Source: Amphiscolops sp. MND2022 (taxonomy: Eukaryota). From it: a DNA stretch of 64,000 bases. A program made the translations under genes and the position numbers. The stretch covers positions 29,886,001 through 29,950,000 of the forward strand of contig OZ076409.1 in NCBI GenBank assembly GCA_964187785.1, in the 5' to 3' direction. Shown here piece after piece: positions 36,400 through 48,649 of this stretch. The notes beneath the pieces are model-generated. The model was not told where the DNA came from. It saw nothing but the letters and a program-made list of their open reading frames with translations, and searched no databases. Position 1 is the first letter of the stretch; each line of letters begins with the position of its first letter.

Positions 36400-39300
36400 C
36401 CTTTTCACCGAGGAAATGTCGATAGTCTTTTCGTGGTTGTGGGCGGAAATTGTATTTGTTATAGATGTGTCTTCGGGGATTATTATAGTGGTCGTAGTCA
36501 TGAATATTAGATTGGTTTTCTGGGTTGGTATTATTGGTATTTGTTAATTTTGTTGGTACGGAAATAGGGAGTATTGGTTGAATGATTCTGGTTGAAAATC
36601 AATTGTAAATGGTATATCCGTTTCTTTACTGGAATTTGTAAATGTGTGGTCTTCGTCTTCAACTGATTGTTCTTCATCGGAAAAAGAATCAGAAGGCTCT
36701 ATTGAGTCATTTATATTCGAGTCATTATCAATATTATCATCTTTATTTGAATATGGATTATATTGTTGTATGAAAGGAAAATTGATGGGTTCCTGTGGAA
36801 ATACGGAACTAAATGGTTTCTGTGAATATGAGAAGTGTAACCATCTTGATTAACAATTTCAGATGTAATATCAGAAAATTTATTAATGATTTTAAATGGT
36901 CCAATTCTGAGAGGTTTCAATTTATCTGAAAAATGAACATGGAGAAAATTCCTTTTTAGTACAAATGTACCAATGTCTAAGGGTCTTGGATTATTGTATG
37001 TTTTATTGAAATAAGCAAATGAAATAATTTTTTTTGTGTTTTCGTAGACTGTGTGATATATTTGTATCATAGCAGTGCAATTTCAGTAGCCAAAATCCCT
37101 TGTGGAATTGGTTTCGATAAGATTTTATGGAAGACAGGGTTTAAATTTGATTTGTCATAATGTGTATGAAGTGGTAAGTCCTGACAGTATTGAGAAATGC
37201 AGTTTCTATAAGTATCTTTTTGAAGATTGAGTTCAACGTTTATTGGGATTCTTGGTATAGTATGAAATAATACTTCGTATGGTGAAAGTTTTATTTCAGG
37301 AAGTGGTTGTGAATTATGTGCATAAGCGTACATATGGACTTGGGTAGACCAGTTTTCTGGTGTGTTATGTAGAAAAAGTCTGAGATGGGTTACAAGGTCT
37401 TTGTTTTGATTCTCTACTAAACCTTTTGTCCATGGTGCGTAAGGAGTTCTTGGTGAATGCCTGATTCCCATTGTGGTACAAAGGTTTGTAAGTTCAGAAT
37501 TAAAGTATTCTGAACCACGGTCTGTAACAGAAAATATGGGAGGTCCAAATTTAGTAATCCAATGAGGTAGTAGGGAATTGACAGCATTTTGAGCATTGTT
37601 TTGTTTAACAGGTACTGTTACTACAAAGTGGCTGAAAGCGTCAACTGTCACATGAATGTATGAGTTTTGTTTTGATGGTGGATTTTTAGGTCCTTTTGTA
37701 TCTATTTATATTCGGTAATTGAAATTTGAAGCATTTTCTGAAAATGTTTGTTTTGTTGCAGTTTGAATTTTTCGATTATTGTGTTTGTTTTGTTGACATT
37801 CAATACAATCGTGAATGAATATTGACATCCATTTATATAAATAAGGTGGAAAATAAAATAGAATAAAAGTTTTGATGGATATTTTAACTCCAGAGTGTCC
37901 ACGTGCATGAAATTTATTGAAAGCTGCATGAAAGAGTTTAAATGGTAAACATACTTTGTCTTCTTGATTTGGGTTTGAATCATGAACGTTAGGGTAATCT
38001 ATATGAATGATTTTTGTATCATGGTTGATGTACAGTTGATTGAAGAAATTGTAGTAAACCGATGTGAGGAATTACTTGCTATTGTTGCTTTTGTTGGATC
38101 TATTTTTAAAGGTCTTTCATTAGTCTTTAATCAATGGTAAACCTTTTATAATACAAGGTCTTGTTTTTGTTGAGATTCTATAGTTTCAATTGTTATTTGA
38201 GTGTCTTCTGGTAGGAAGAAATAATGAAAATATTTTTTGTACTTGAAGAAAGATGGATCAAAAAATGGAACTTGTTGATTACAGTAATCAGATTCAGTGG
38301 GGTACTGTATTGCTAGTGTTTGTTCTTTTGATGTGTTTGTGTTTTGATTCTTCGTATTTTGTGATTGATTTGGCCCGTCTTCATCACGAAGAATATCTGT
38401 GTCATTGAGGAAAGTTGATTGTTGTACGAGTGATTTTACTCGAGTCTTTGTAGGTCTAATGTATTTGGATTCAAGTGGAACAATGGATTGAAAAGAAAAT
38501 GAATCTAATGGTTTCATATGAATGTCTTCTCCTTTGTTGTTTATGCGAATGGAAAATTGGTCTTCGCCATAGTCAGCGAGAATTGGGTGGCAATCATTTT
38601 TTTGATGATGTTTGATTTCTTCATGTTTTACTAAAAAGTGTACGGGTTTGAGTTGGTACACTTTTCATGATAGAGAAATCTTTTTGAGGTGGCAATTGTT
38701 TGTGTCGTAATCGATGTATTTGAAGTTGGTCTTTTGTGAAAGTTCTAGAAAGCATGTCTGCTACAGTTAAATTTTTTCCAGGAGTATGAATCATTTTTAG
38801 TTTAGAAAATTTTGTTAGTTGCATTTGTGCTTTATGAAATCTTGGGCTAAGGTTTCCTTTTTTTGCAAAACAGTGTAATAAAGGTTTGTGGTCCGTGAAG
38901 ATGTACATCGGATGAGGGGATCCAATCATGAGAAATTTATATATTTGTAATGCATAAACTATTGCGAGGAGTTCTCTGTCTAGTGTTGAAAGTTTTTGTT
39001 CTTGTGTATTAAGGATTTGTCAATTGTAAGAAAAAACTCTCATTTTATTTTTTTCATTCATTTGGAATAGGACTGCGCCTATACCAACTAAGGAAGCATC
39101 AACTGTTATGAAAAATGGATGTTTTGTATTGGGTATGGTTAATTCAGTTTCTGCTGTCAGTGTGTTATTAACGTCGTGAAATATTCTTTCTATTTCGGGT
39201 GTCCATTGAAATTTAACATCATCAAATAACAAGGTATATAATGGTTTGAGATTTATATGTAGTTTTTCAATGAATTTTGAATAAAAGTTTACACTGCCTA

Positions 39301-41280
39301 AAAATTGCATAACATTTTTCTTTTCTTTTGGTGATGGGATTCTTTTGATGGCTTCATTTTTATTGGGAATGGTTTAATTGTGTTGTTCCCTATTTCATGT
39401 CCAAGGAATTGTACTTTGAGTAACATATAAAAAGATTTTTCAGGTGCAGGTTTGAGATTTTTTTGTTGCTATTTTATGGAGTTTTCTGATAAGTTCAATT
39501 ATTTCTTGTTTTTCGTCTGCTAATTGTAATATAACATCAATATATACTAATGCAGAACGTTTGTCTATAAGTGGTCGAAAGAAAGTTGACATTTGTTTTG
39601 TAAAAAAAAGTAGGAGTCTTTTTATTCCATAGAATCCACGGATAAAGGTATATAAATTATCTCCGGATGAAAATCCTGTAAGTTTGATTGTTTCTTCGTC
39701 TAATGGAGTATGAGCGTATGCAAACAACAAATCAATAGTTGATTTGTATTTTTTGTTAGCTCTAGCTAATTGAGGGGCTAAAGGTTCTTGAAGGGCTGAA
39801 GGTTCAATGGGCCAAGATTCAAGTTCTTGATTAGTGTTTGAGTTTAAATGTCTAGCATCTAAAACAATTTTTATTGCGGCTCCTTTTGGGATAATGAATA
39901 AAAGAATTTAAAATGTTGTTCCAATAGTGTGTTTTTTATCTGGCGTGGAGCCAATTTGTTTTATTATGTTATATCTTTCAAGTTCTACTAAGAGTTTGTT
40001 AGTCTATCTCTGTAATGAATTGGTACTTTAGAGGGTCTTTGTGTTTGAAGATAACAATTTACTTTAATTCTAATTCTGAATGGAGTAGAAATTTTTCCTA
40101 CGTCATTTCGACGTTCAGCGTTGAATTGATTAATAATAAGGATATTGCAGAGGCTTACATATTCTGTATCAGTTAAATCTGAATATTCAAAGTTGAACTA
40201 TTTTCTGAATTGTTGACTTTCTGCAGTATATGGTAGTGAAGGAAAATCTTTTCTAATTTTATCTGAGGGTCGAAGATTTCCTGTGACAGAAGGTATGGGT
40301 AATTGAAGTGTTTTATGATTTATTTCTATTTTGTTGATTTCTAATAAGGACTGTGGGATTACTCGAGTACATAAATTCATATCGGTAATATCATTTTGTC
40401 TAATTGGAATGGTAGTATCAGGATGCTAGGCATGTATTACTGAATGAATAAACGAGTTTATATCATGAACGCTATAATGAGGAGGTGTTGTTTGAGTAAT
40501 AGTGATTTCTATATATCCAATAATTCCTTTTGGTAGTGTAGCTGGATGAGATGTAAAATTTTGAATTACTGTTTAGCAGGACTCTTTGCTTTTGTCGTTG
40601 ACTGTCATGTCTAAGAAGTGAAAAATATCTTTAAATTTTTGTAGGAAATATGTATATGGAATTGATGGACAAAATTTGGTATTATCTTCCAGTTCAAAGT
40701 GCAAGTTAGGATAATTTTTGATTGGGAAATGTATAGTCTTTCCTGATCTTGGTTTGAAGTGATTTGGCTCTTTACATTTAATAGTATAAATGTATGAGAT
40801 ATATGGGTAATCCTTTTCTGTAAATGTTGAGAAATGTGTTTTTGTAGGAAGTTTTGGATGTTGTTCTTTATTAGTCATGATATTTTGTTGAAAGTCTATA
40901 TATTGAATATTTTTCTTGAAAAAAGGTGTTCCAAGAATAATATATTTAATAGTTGCTACTGCAAATTCGATATTGAAAGATCGATTTTGATGATTTACTT
41001 CAGTAAAACATGTCATTGAAATAAAGTGTATTATTGGTACTTCAGTTTGATTGGCAACTGTGAGAGTTTTAGCTCTTTTGTTTTCAATATTTTTGGAACA
41101 TTGTGATTTAATTGTTTTGCAATTACATGAAGTGTCGGTAAGTTCAAATTTGATATGGAAGCTCCAGTATCTAAGAGGAATAGGATTTCTAATTTTGAAG
41201 GTAATATGTTGTCTTTTCGATCAAAAGCATGTACATATAGTGGATATAAACCAACTATAAGGAGTAATTGTTTTTGCAAT
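36400..41280 (-). pseudogene. pol: pol (protease, RT, RNase H, integrase) of element C
   Basis: FLLDTGASIS; RT FAYAHTPL/ALVYIDVIL; FLGSVNFY; ITVDASLVGIGAVL; IFTDHKPL...ADMLSR; integrase VDAFSHF...VTDRGSEY...GLVENQN; GPF module. Confidence 0.93.
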
Positions 41281-41299
41281 TTCAGTTATTAGGCATATA

Positions 41300-44200
41300 T
41301 GAATTTCAAATTTAGTACTATCGCATGTATGAATTTCAAATTTAGTAGTATCTTTGTCGTTGGTAGATTTAACATCTACTTGTTTTTTTTATATTTTGTT
41401 GTCTGTTTCGTGATGATCGTCTAGATCATGATCTGTAATCTCTTGGTCTAGATGGAGATCTATACGGGTAAGTGTATCGTCTAAAAGAGTTTCCTTGTGA
41501 TTGAGAACGAGATCTATATCTTGATCGTGAATTATATCTATAATTGGAGTTGTTTCTCTATGGTGATCTAAATGGAGATCTGGATGGATTTCTTCTTTGA
41601 TAATGATTGTCATATCGGGATCTAGATGGGTATGGACTTGGAGATCTATTGTAATATCTTTGTCGAGAATTAGATCGATAATTATTTTGTGAATAATCTC
41701 TACTGTTGCTTCGGTATCTGTCGTTATTTCTACAACGGTCATTGTAGTAGGGGTAGTTATTTTGATTATATCTGTTACGGTCGTTATCTCTAGAAAAATA
41801 ACCATTTTTATTTTTATTTCGATTTTCTTGTGAATTACTAGGTTTACTACGGAAGTATTGTACAAAGGATTGTTGAGGAGTTCTTGATCTCTGATTTTTA
41901 TATCTTTGATATTCTTAATCACGTTGTTTTTGATAACAATTTGAAATACTATGATTGTTTTTGTGACAATAAGAACATTTTTTTGTAGGCTGGTTTGCTT
42001 TTGTTATTTGGGTCTCCAAATTAATTGAGTAACCATTGTATGGTCATATTCTGATTCTTTGTTGTTAGTATCATCTTCAATTGATACTTCGTTTAATTCT
42101 AAAGCTAGATCATTTGTTCTTATTTTTCCTTTAGCGATATCGTCAGATCAACATGTCGAACAACTGTGTGAAATGGTATTGATGGTTCAAGTAATGTTGG
42201 TCTGCTGTGAGCAAAATCTTTTATTTTTTAGGTAATCTTTTTGTGCAATTATCATTGTTTTTGAGATTTATGGTAGATGCACTTTCACTGCACCATCCCT
42301 TTTTAACTAATTGTTGTACTCTAAGAGCAAAATGGCGTACTGTTTCATTATCTTTTTTCATGAGTGACATAGCTTCTACTAGTGCGTAATAAGCTGTTTT
42401 TTGAGATGAAAATTGTTTTTTAAATAGTTGTACAAATGAAGTCCATTGTTGTTTATATGATATATGGAGATTAGTGTACCAATCAAGAGCTGTTCCAATT
42501 AAAGAACATTGTATATATGCCATGCGTCTATTATGCCATGACCTACATTTTATAGGATTATATTGAGCTTCTTCACCTATAGCAAAGGTTAGTCTTGCTT
42601 CAACTTGTTGTAAAGATTCTTCTGGGGTGTATGAAAAGTCTAAATCGTCAAAAGGTTTCATAGGTTCTGGTATTGAAGCTGAAGTATTTATGAATGTATT
42701 TTGTTGTATTGGCATATACTGAGGTGGAGGAACTACAGGTTGTATCTTGTTTACGGGTGGTGAAATTGTAGTAGGGTTGGAAGTTTTATGTTGATTCATT
42801 TGATATAGAGAGTCAGTAGATATATGCGAAAGTGGAGGATTTTGGGATCTTCTTTGAGAGGGTTGTAAAATGTTTGAATAAGATGTTCTTTGGTTTTGTA
42901 AAGGAAAACTACTTTGTGAGGAAATAGTTTGTGATAAATGTGCGTATGGGTGTTGTGTCCTTGGATTGTTATTAGGTTGAGAAATATTTTGAGTATTGTT
43001 TGTTTGAATATTTGTATTAGATGGTGGAACAAAGGAATTATTAAATGGATCATAGTGTTGACTAGAAAATTGTTGGTTACTTTTACGATTAATTTCTGAT
43101 TGAATTGTTTTATTCGACTGCTGAAAAGCAGAACAAATTGGTGGAGGATCATATATAAATCGAGTTGTATTTCGTGTATTATTAGAAATAGACCTTGTAG
43201 GTGCTAAAACAAAAACAAAAGTATCACGGGTTGAAGTTATATTTTGAGTTTCATCTTGTACTATATCATCTGGGTGAGTTGGAAGAGTAAAGGTGTTATT
43301 ACGATGTGGAGATGTATCTAAGTATGATTGCGGTTCATGTGTATTTTGTCTTGGGCTAACAACCCTAGTTGGAATTCTAACAAATTGAGAGATTGCTGAT
43401 GTCTCAGTTTGTGATGCATTTTGTGCTGAAGTTGTAGATTCTGAAGTGGTATACTCACTTGCATTGTTTTCATTTATGTGGAGTAAAATATCTTCGTTAC
43501 GAATTTCAATTTGATTTTCAAATATGTATTCTTCATTATTATTGTCGTCTTCTTCATTGTTATTGTCATTGTTGGTAAATAGGTTTTGTTGTTTTGAATA
43601 TTCTGTTCATACCGATACGGTCTATCATCATCTTGAAAATTGTTTTCTTTAATTAAACGAGGATCAAAAGATATGAGATCCATGGTTTGTTGTGTTACTT
43701 TATCTGGTTTGAAAAAGTAAGGATGTTCATTTTGTTCGTTCATGATGAGTGGTAAACATTCATCAGCTGTAAAATGATTGTGAAATGTTGCGAAAGCAGG
43801 TTGATCTTGTTCTGACCATAATAGTTGATAATTGAATCTGAAATAATTTCTAAGAAAGAAGGATATCACTTTAGTTTGAGGTATTGTTTGTTCGTCTAAT
43901 GTTATATCTTTGAAAGAATGATACAGGAAATGTTGTATTCGTAGTATATCTGCTTGTGACCAATGATGATGAATTTTTTGAGTTGTAATTATTCTTTCTA
44001 TGTCTTCTACTTCGAAATTGTGTATTCATATCGTTCAAGTTCTTCAAGTGCATTTGGGCTAAATTTTGGGTTTTCAAGTGCTAAGTTGTATTCTTTCATT
44101 GGGGACTATTGGTATTATTGTTCTTCTATATGTTTGAAAAGAGGAGGTTTCTTGTTGCGGAAAAGTAATTTGGAAAGATTGATATTCCGTAGAGGCAGTT

Positions 44201-44600
44201 GTAGATCTATGTCTAATATAGAAGAGGTATGTATCCAGATGTTCTCTAATAAGAGGAATTGTTTCAAGGCTGTAGGGTTCATTTTCAATTGAAAGTGGTT
44301 GAGTATAATTGTAAACAATGTTATGTAAAAATGGTTTTTATTTCAGTTTTTACTATTTTTGCATTTTTAATGTAAGGTATCTCAAAAGGTGAAGGGAAGA
44401 TACTGAGGAGTTCATGTTAGAGATTACTTCTTATTGTTGTAAGTATCTTTTCCAACAGGATGCAAAATAAGAATAAAACAGAAAATGTATAAGTGGTGAT
44501 AAGTATTATTGTGGTAACTTTTTCCCACAATATAGATTGTCTAGATTCAATGTTGAGAGTTTGTTATAATTATAACATTAGTTGCAACCGTTGTGACAAT
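41300..44600 (-). pseudogene. gag: gag of element C with long N-terminal extension and RS-rich C-terminus
   Basis: Capsid-like PFD...YTPE..LQQVEARL...L.GTALDWY...W..FVQLFKKQF...ETVRHFALRV; CCHC knuckle CSYCHKNNHSISNC ~41930-41980; RS/Y/N-rich tail. The 5' boundary is approximate. Confidence 0.8.
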
Positions 44601-46343
44601 GATTGTTTCTATTGTGTGTATGGTAGTGGTCAAAAAGATTAATAAGTATAATCTATTTTGTTAATATGTATGAAGTTAAAATTTTGTTAGAAGTTTTAAG
44701 TTGGTGATCTTGGGTAATTTCGTTGTTGGTCTAAAAGATAGGAAAAGAATTGTGCGTATTGTTGACTTAGTCTTTCAAAGTCTGCAGCTGAAGGGTTAAA
44801 GATTGTACTGAGTTGATGTACAACTAAATGCGTAGGAACAGTTAGTGAAGGAGTAGAGAAAGGTGAATTGTCGGAAGTTTGGTTATGTGTGTTTGAGTTA
44901 ATATTTTTTAAAATATGAAATAAATATGAAATTGTCTGGAGTTTTGGTATTGTTAGGGATAGAGAAGAAAGAAGCGGATGCAATAGAATCTGTATTCAAC
45001 CTCAAAAGATTGCTAACAGAATCTGAGTTGTGATTTAATTCTGGAATAAATTAAAGTGTCTGACATAAGGCCACTGACACGTCCAGTAAGAGTTGTATTT
45101 TAGAGCTGGACTTCAATTGAAGTGTCTAACATAAGGTTACTGACACGTCCAGAAAAGCTGAGAGAATTTTAATTTTAAGTGGGTTGTGTGTTTTAAGACT
45201 GACGGAGCGGAACTCTGACCAATCAACGTCCACTATCCAAAGTCGGATCAATACTGATCAAGATCAAAGTTTGATCTTTTGTGTGTTTTACTTTTTACTT
45301 TTACTTCCTGAGAATTTCGAAGATTCGAACGTAGTTCGGTGTCCTCAAGATTCTCCTTGATGACGTTTAAACTTAACTAAGGTGTTTAGTCAGCTTAGAA
45401 TCAGACTACGCAAGTTAAAATAAGGTAGGGTCTGATTGTTTAAGTCTTACGGGAGGGAATAGGAATTGTGGGTGCCTGAAAGTATAAAACTACCTTTACA
45501 GTGTGTTTTTTATTTTTATCTCCTATTTTAGATTTTAGGGCAAAAGAGTTGTGTTAAAATTTTATGTGTGGCTTTGTTAAAATTAAATGTTTTGTGAGGA
45601 TGGGTTAAAATGATTGACTAGATTGGGAATTTTGTCGACAGAAGATTGATAACGAGAGTTTTGGTTGCTTTTTATGGATTTCTGATTCTAATTCAGAGGG
45701 TCTTTTTTTGAAGTTTTTTATTAGAAAATGGATCCAAAACGAAAGAATAGAAAGTCAGGTTTTCTGCCAACACGAAGTTGATCTTGAAACGTATATGCTT
45801 ATAGGTGAGATGAGTCTAGTATGCACTCAGTCAACTATTACACCAGGAGTCCACCTGACGTTCAAGATAGCAGGATTGAAGAATTTATTGCCGTGTCAAA
45901 GGTGTTAGAAAACCTTGATAAACCGGACAAAACTGTTTCAACAAGCTTTCGGATAACTGTGATAAATCAGTATGGAGAACAGAACTTTGTCACTGTGGAT
46001 AAATCAGTCTGAAAATGTACTGTGTCAACGTGTAAGAAAACGTGATAAACCGGCAAAGCAAGAAGAACAAAAGAAGAACCGTGTCAACGTTTATAGAAAA
46101 ACGTGACAAACCGGAATTGGAGGAAATTTTGTTATTTTTCAGATGAAGAAATTTTTTGTCTAACAATGATGTATTTATTGAAGAAATTCAAAAAGTCACA
46201 GACTAGATTTTCTAGGAAATCTAGAACAATTTCACTGCAATCCAAAAGAATTTCAAAGACAAGTAGTGGTAGGTGTTGTATTGATGAGAAAAGAGAAAGC
46301 ATTCAGCTGAGAAAAGAAAGAATTTTTGCAAGTCGCACCAAAT

Positions 46344-46621
46344 TGTGCTGCTTTAAAGAGTCTTTTATTTTTAGTGGTGGTGGTCTTTTCTTCAGAAGTT
46401 ACAGAGCTAAGTTATTAGAAGGATGCTAGCTAGATGGCTGACTCTTATAAAACTTGGAAGTCTGAAAAGAGAAATAAAAAGGAAGTCGACTAAACTCTGA
46501 TTATTAGTTTTCTCTCTCTGAAGGAGTAGAGTTTTACAGTCATTCAATATTAAATAAATGTACATTCTAGAACATTCTATAAACATTTAAATACTTTCGG
46601 TTATTAATGTAGGTCAGTAAA
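46344..46621 (-). repeat. 5' LTR of element C
   Basis: Direct repeat of 27730-28007; PBS-like TGGTGCGAC at 46340-46332. Confidence 0.96.
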
Positions 46622-46899
46622 CCACCAAAACACAACAAGTAATACTAGCAGAAAAATTACTGATGAGGAAATATCCCCTCAAAGTTGATCGCTACCGTTC
46701 AGTTGTTTTCACAGATGTAAGTGCTGGTAAACAAAACAGTGTAAAACTACTGCGACTCGACAGGATAGTATACGTAGGGGTAATTTTTTGCCAAACTTTG
46801 TTTTTCGGATATTCCAATGTCCAGAATCTATCAATGCTCACGTGCTAATGATTTGTTCAATTTGATTGTTTAATTTCTATCAAGTGCCGTGGAAAAACA

Positions 46900-48089
46900 A
46901 GCTGCACTAAAACTAAAAAGTCCACGAACAAATGTTTTTAGGAAACAATTCCCGAAACTTTTGAGTGATACTTGGTTCGATGAAAAATGCAAAATCACAT
47001 TACGTTAACGATAACTAGCCTATAGGGGATGCTCCGAAATATCATCATCCGGAAACGATTGTTATCATGTTTTGAAAATCTAGCAGAGTACTTGCGTGGG
47101 CACTTATCGACGGCAAACGAAATAAGTCCATGGACACTCGTTTTGAATGAATGCATTAAAAATGTGTGTTCCCTTCAATGAAAGAAAGGTTGTAATAACG
47201 CTGACTTTTCGAAATGATGACATCTTGAACCCGTTGAAAGATCGCTTCATTTCATTTAGTGCTCCGTGCTCCAAAACCTTCGAGAATTGTTTGCATAAAC
47301 AAACAACACCCAGAGGATCGAGGGAACTTCACATCGTTTCAATTTTGTTTTTCACCAAACGTCTCTGCGCAAGTGCCCTTTTGTAGAATAATAATTTAAT
47401 CGAAAACGAACTTGCAAATGGTAATATAGTACATGCAGTCCTTGTTGATATAACAGAAGACTTTGACTCACTATCACATAAAACTTTTTTTTATTAAACT
47501 CCAGTGGTTACATTTTTTGTTTTCAGCAATACAAATAGTGGAAAAAGCTTCAACAGGTCAATTGAAACAAGTCTCTGTGGATGGTGTTGAACTCTCTTTC
47601 AGAGCTATTGAGCAAAACTGCTGATGCCTTACAGTAAGCTGAAGATTGTTTACTTTTTGTAGTGATAAAAGGTATGAGATTTCTCTTGAAGTGTTATATG
47701 ACGAATTATATCAGTTAGAAAAACATCTTTGTCTGAATAAACATTTTTTCAATCGAAGGAACACGACCTTCACTACCTCAAAAAGAAGCTTTCGGAAACT
47801 AGTTGATGTTGTTTACAGCAACCTATCAATATCTTTGGATTAAGTCATCTTTATGGGTTATTGTTCGTGTTTCAAATCTTTCCTCGATGGTTTCAATGTT
47901 TTTCACTGAAATGGAATTCACTGCTGCTACCTTTGCGAGATCTCAGTGTGAAAAAACAGGTATTCAAAAGTCGATTGAAAATTCATCAATAAAAGTAGTC
48001 AAATGCAATTGCTATCCAAGCAGCGATTACATAGCGTGATTTCCTCCGCAATTAATCCCGTGCCATTTTTTAAATTCCTTTGTAAGTTC
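46900..48089 (+). pseudogene. Decayed non-LTR (CR1/L2-like) RT fragment
   Basis: RFISF...SKTFENCLHKQ (YRPIS..SK.FE-like); GNIVHAVLVDITEDFDSLSH (D..KAFD motif); later LN..T and QYLW (KYLG-like) remnants. Confidence 0.65.
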
Positions 48090-48648
48090 AACAAGCCGGG
48101 ACCGGCCCAAGTCGGCGCCATATCCAAGGCTCAAAAATAGCAAAAAGACTTCCAAGTGTCAAGTATTCTTTTACAGAAGTCGAAAATCGAAAATTTTTCG
48201 AAAAATTTTTTTTTGAAAAAATTACATACTAAAAAAATTGGACCGAGTGGCGCGCCGGGGCTCGCTAGCGCGAGCCCCTGGCGCGCTAACGTCTCACAAT
48301 GCCGAAAAACTGAAAGGAGGAACCCTTTGGGATTTTCAAACATCCATTCTGTCGCAAAACATCAAAAAAATGCAGGAAAAAAGATTTCGAAAAAAAAATT
48401 CCGAAAAAAAAATGTCTCGCAGTGCCGAAAAAAATTAAAAGGGGGCCTCTTTGGTCTCTCCCGGTATGGTATGTTACGCGGAAAAACAGGTAAAACCATT
48501 TTGGTCCAGTTCGCTAGGCCAAATGGTGCAATTTGACACCATAATATTTTGTAGAACTTTTAAGAACTATTTTGGTCAGTTCGTGTGGATAGAAAAAAAA
48601 GAGTCACTATAATAGTCGCGTTTCACTTCATGAAGCGCCGACTAAAAA
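48090..48648 (-). mobile_element. Helentron-associated non-autonomous element (HINE-like), young copy
   Basis: Near-identical to 22503-23075, with the same termini and internal GC hairpin. Confidence 0.85.
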
Positions 48649-48649
48649 C

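Larger units (their letters stand above)
27730..46621 (-). mobile_element. Giant (18.9-kb) env-bearing Ty3/Gypsy LTR retroelement C
   Basis: 278-bp LTRs at 27730-28007 and 46344-46621; 4-bp TSD CCAC (27726-27729 / 46622-46625); PBS-like TGGTGCGACTTGC; purine tract before the 3' LTR; order gag-PR-RT-RH-IN-env plus extra ORFs, all on minus. Confidence 0.95.

Noticed and set aside
41389..41922. 177-aa Ile/Asp/His-rich ORF in the track
   Set aside because: It is a shadow frame of the RS-rich Gag tail.
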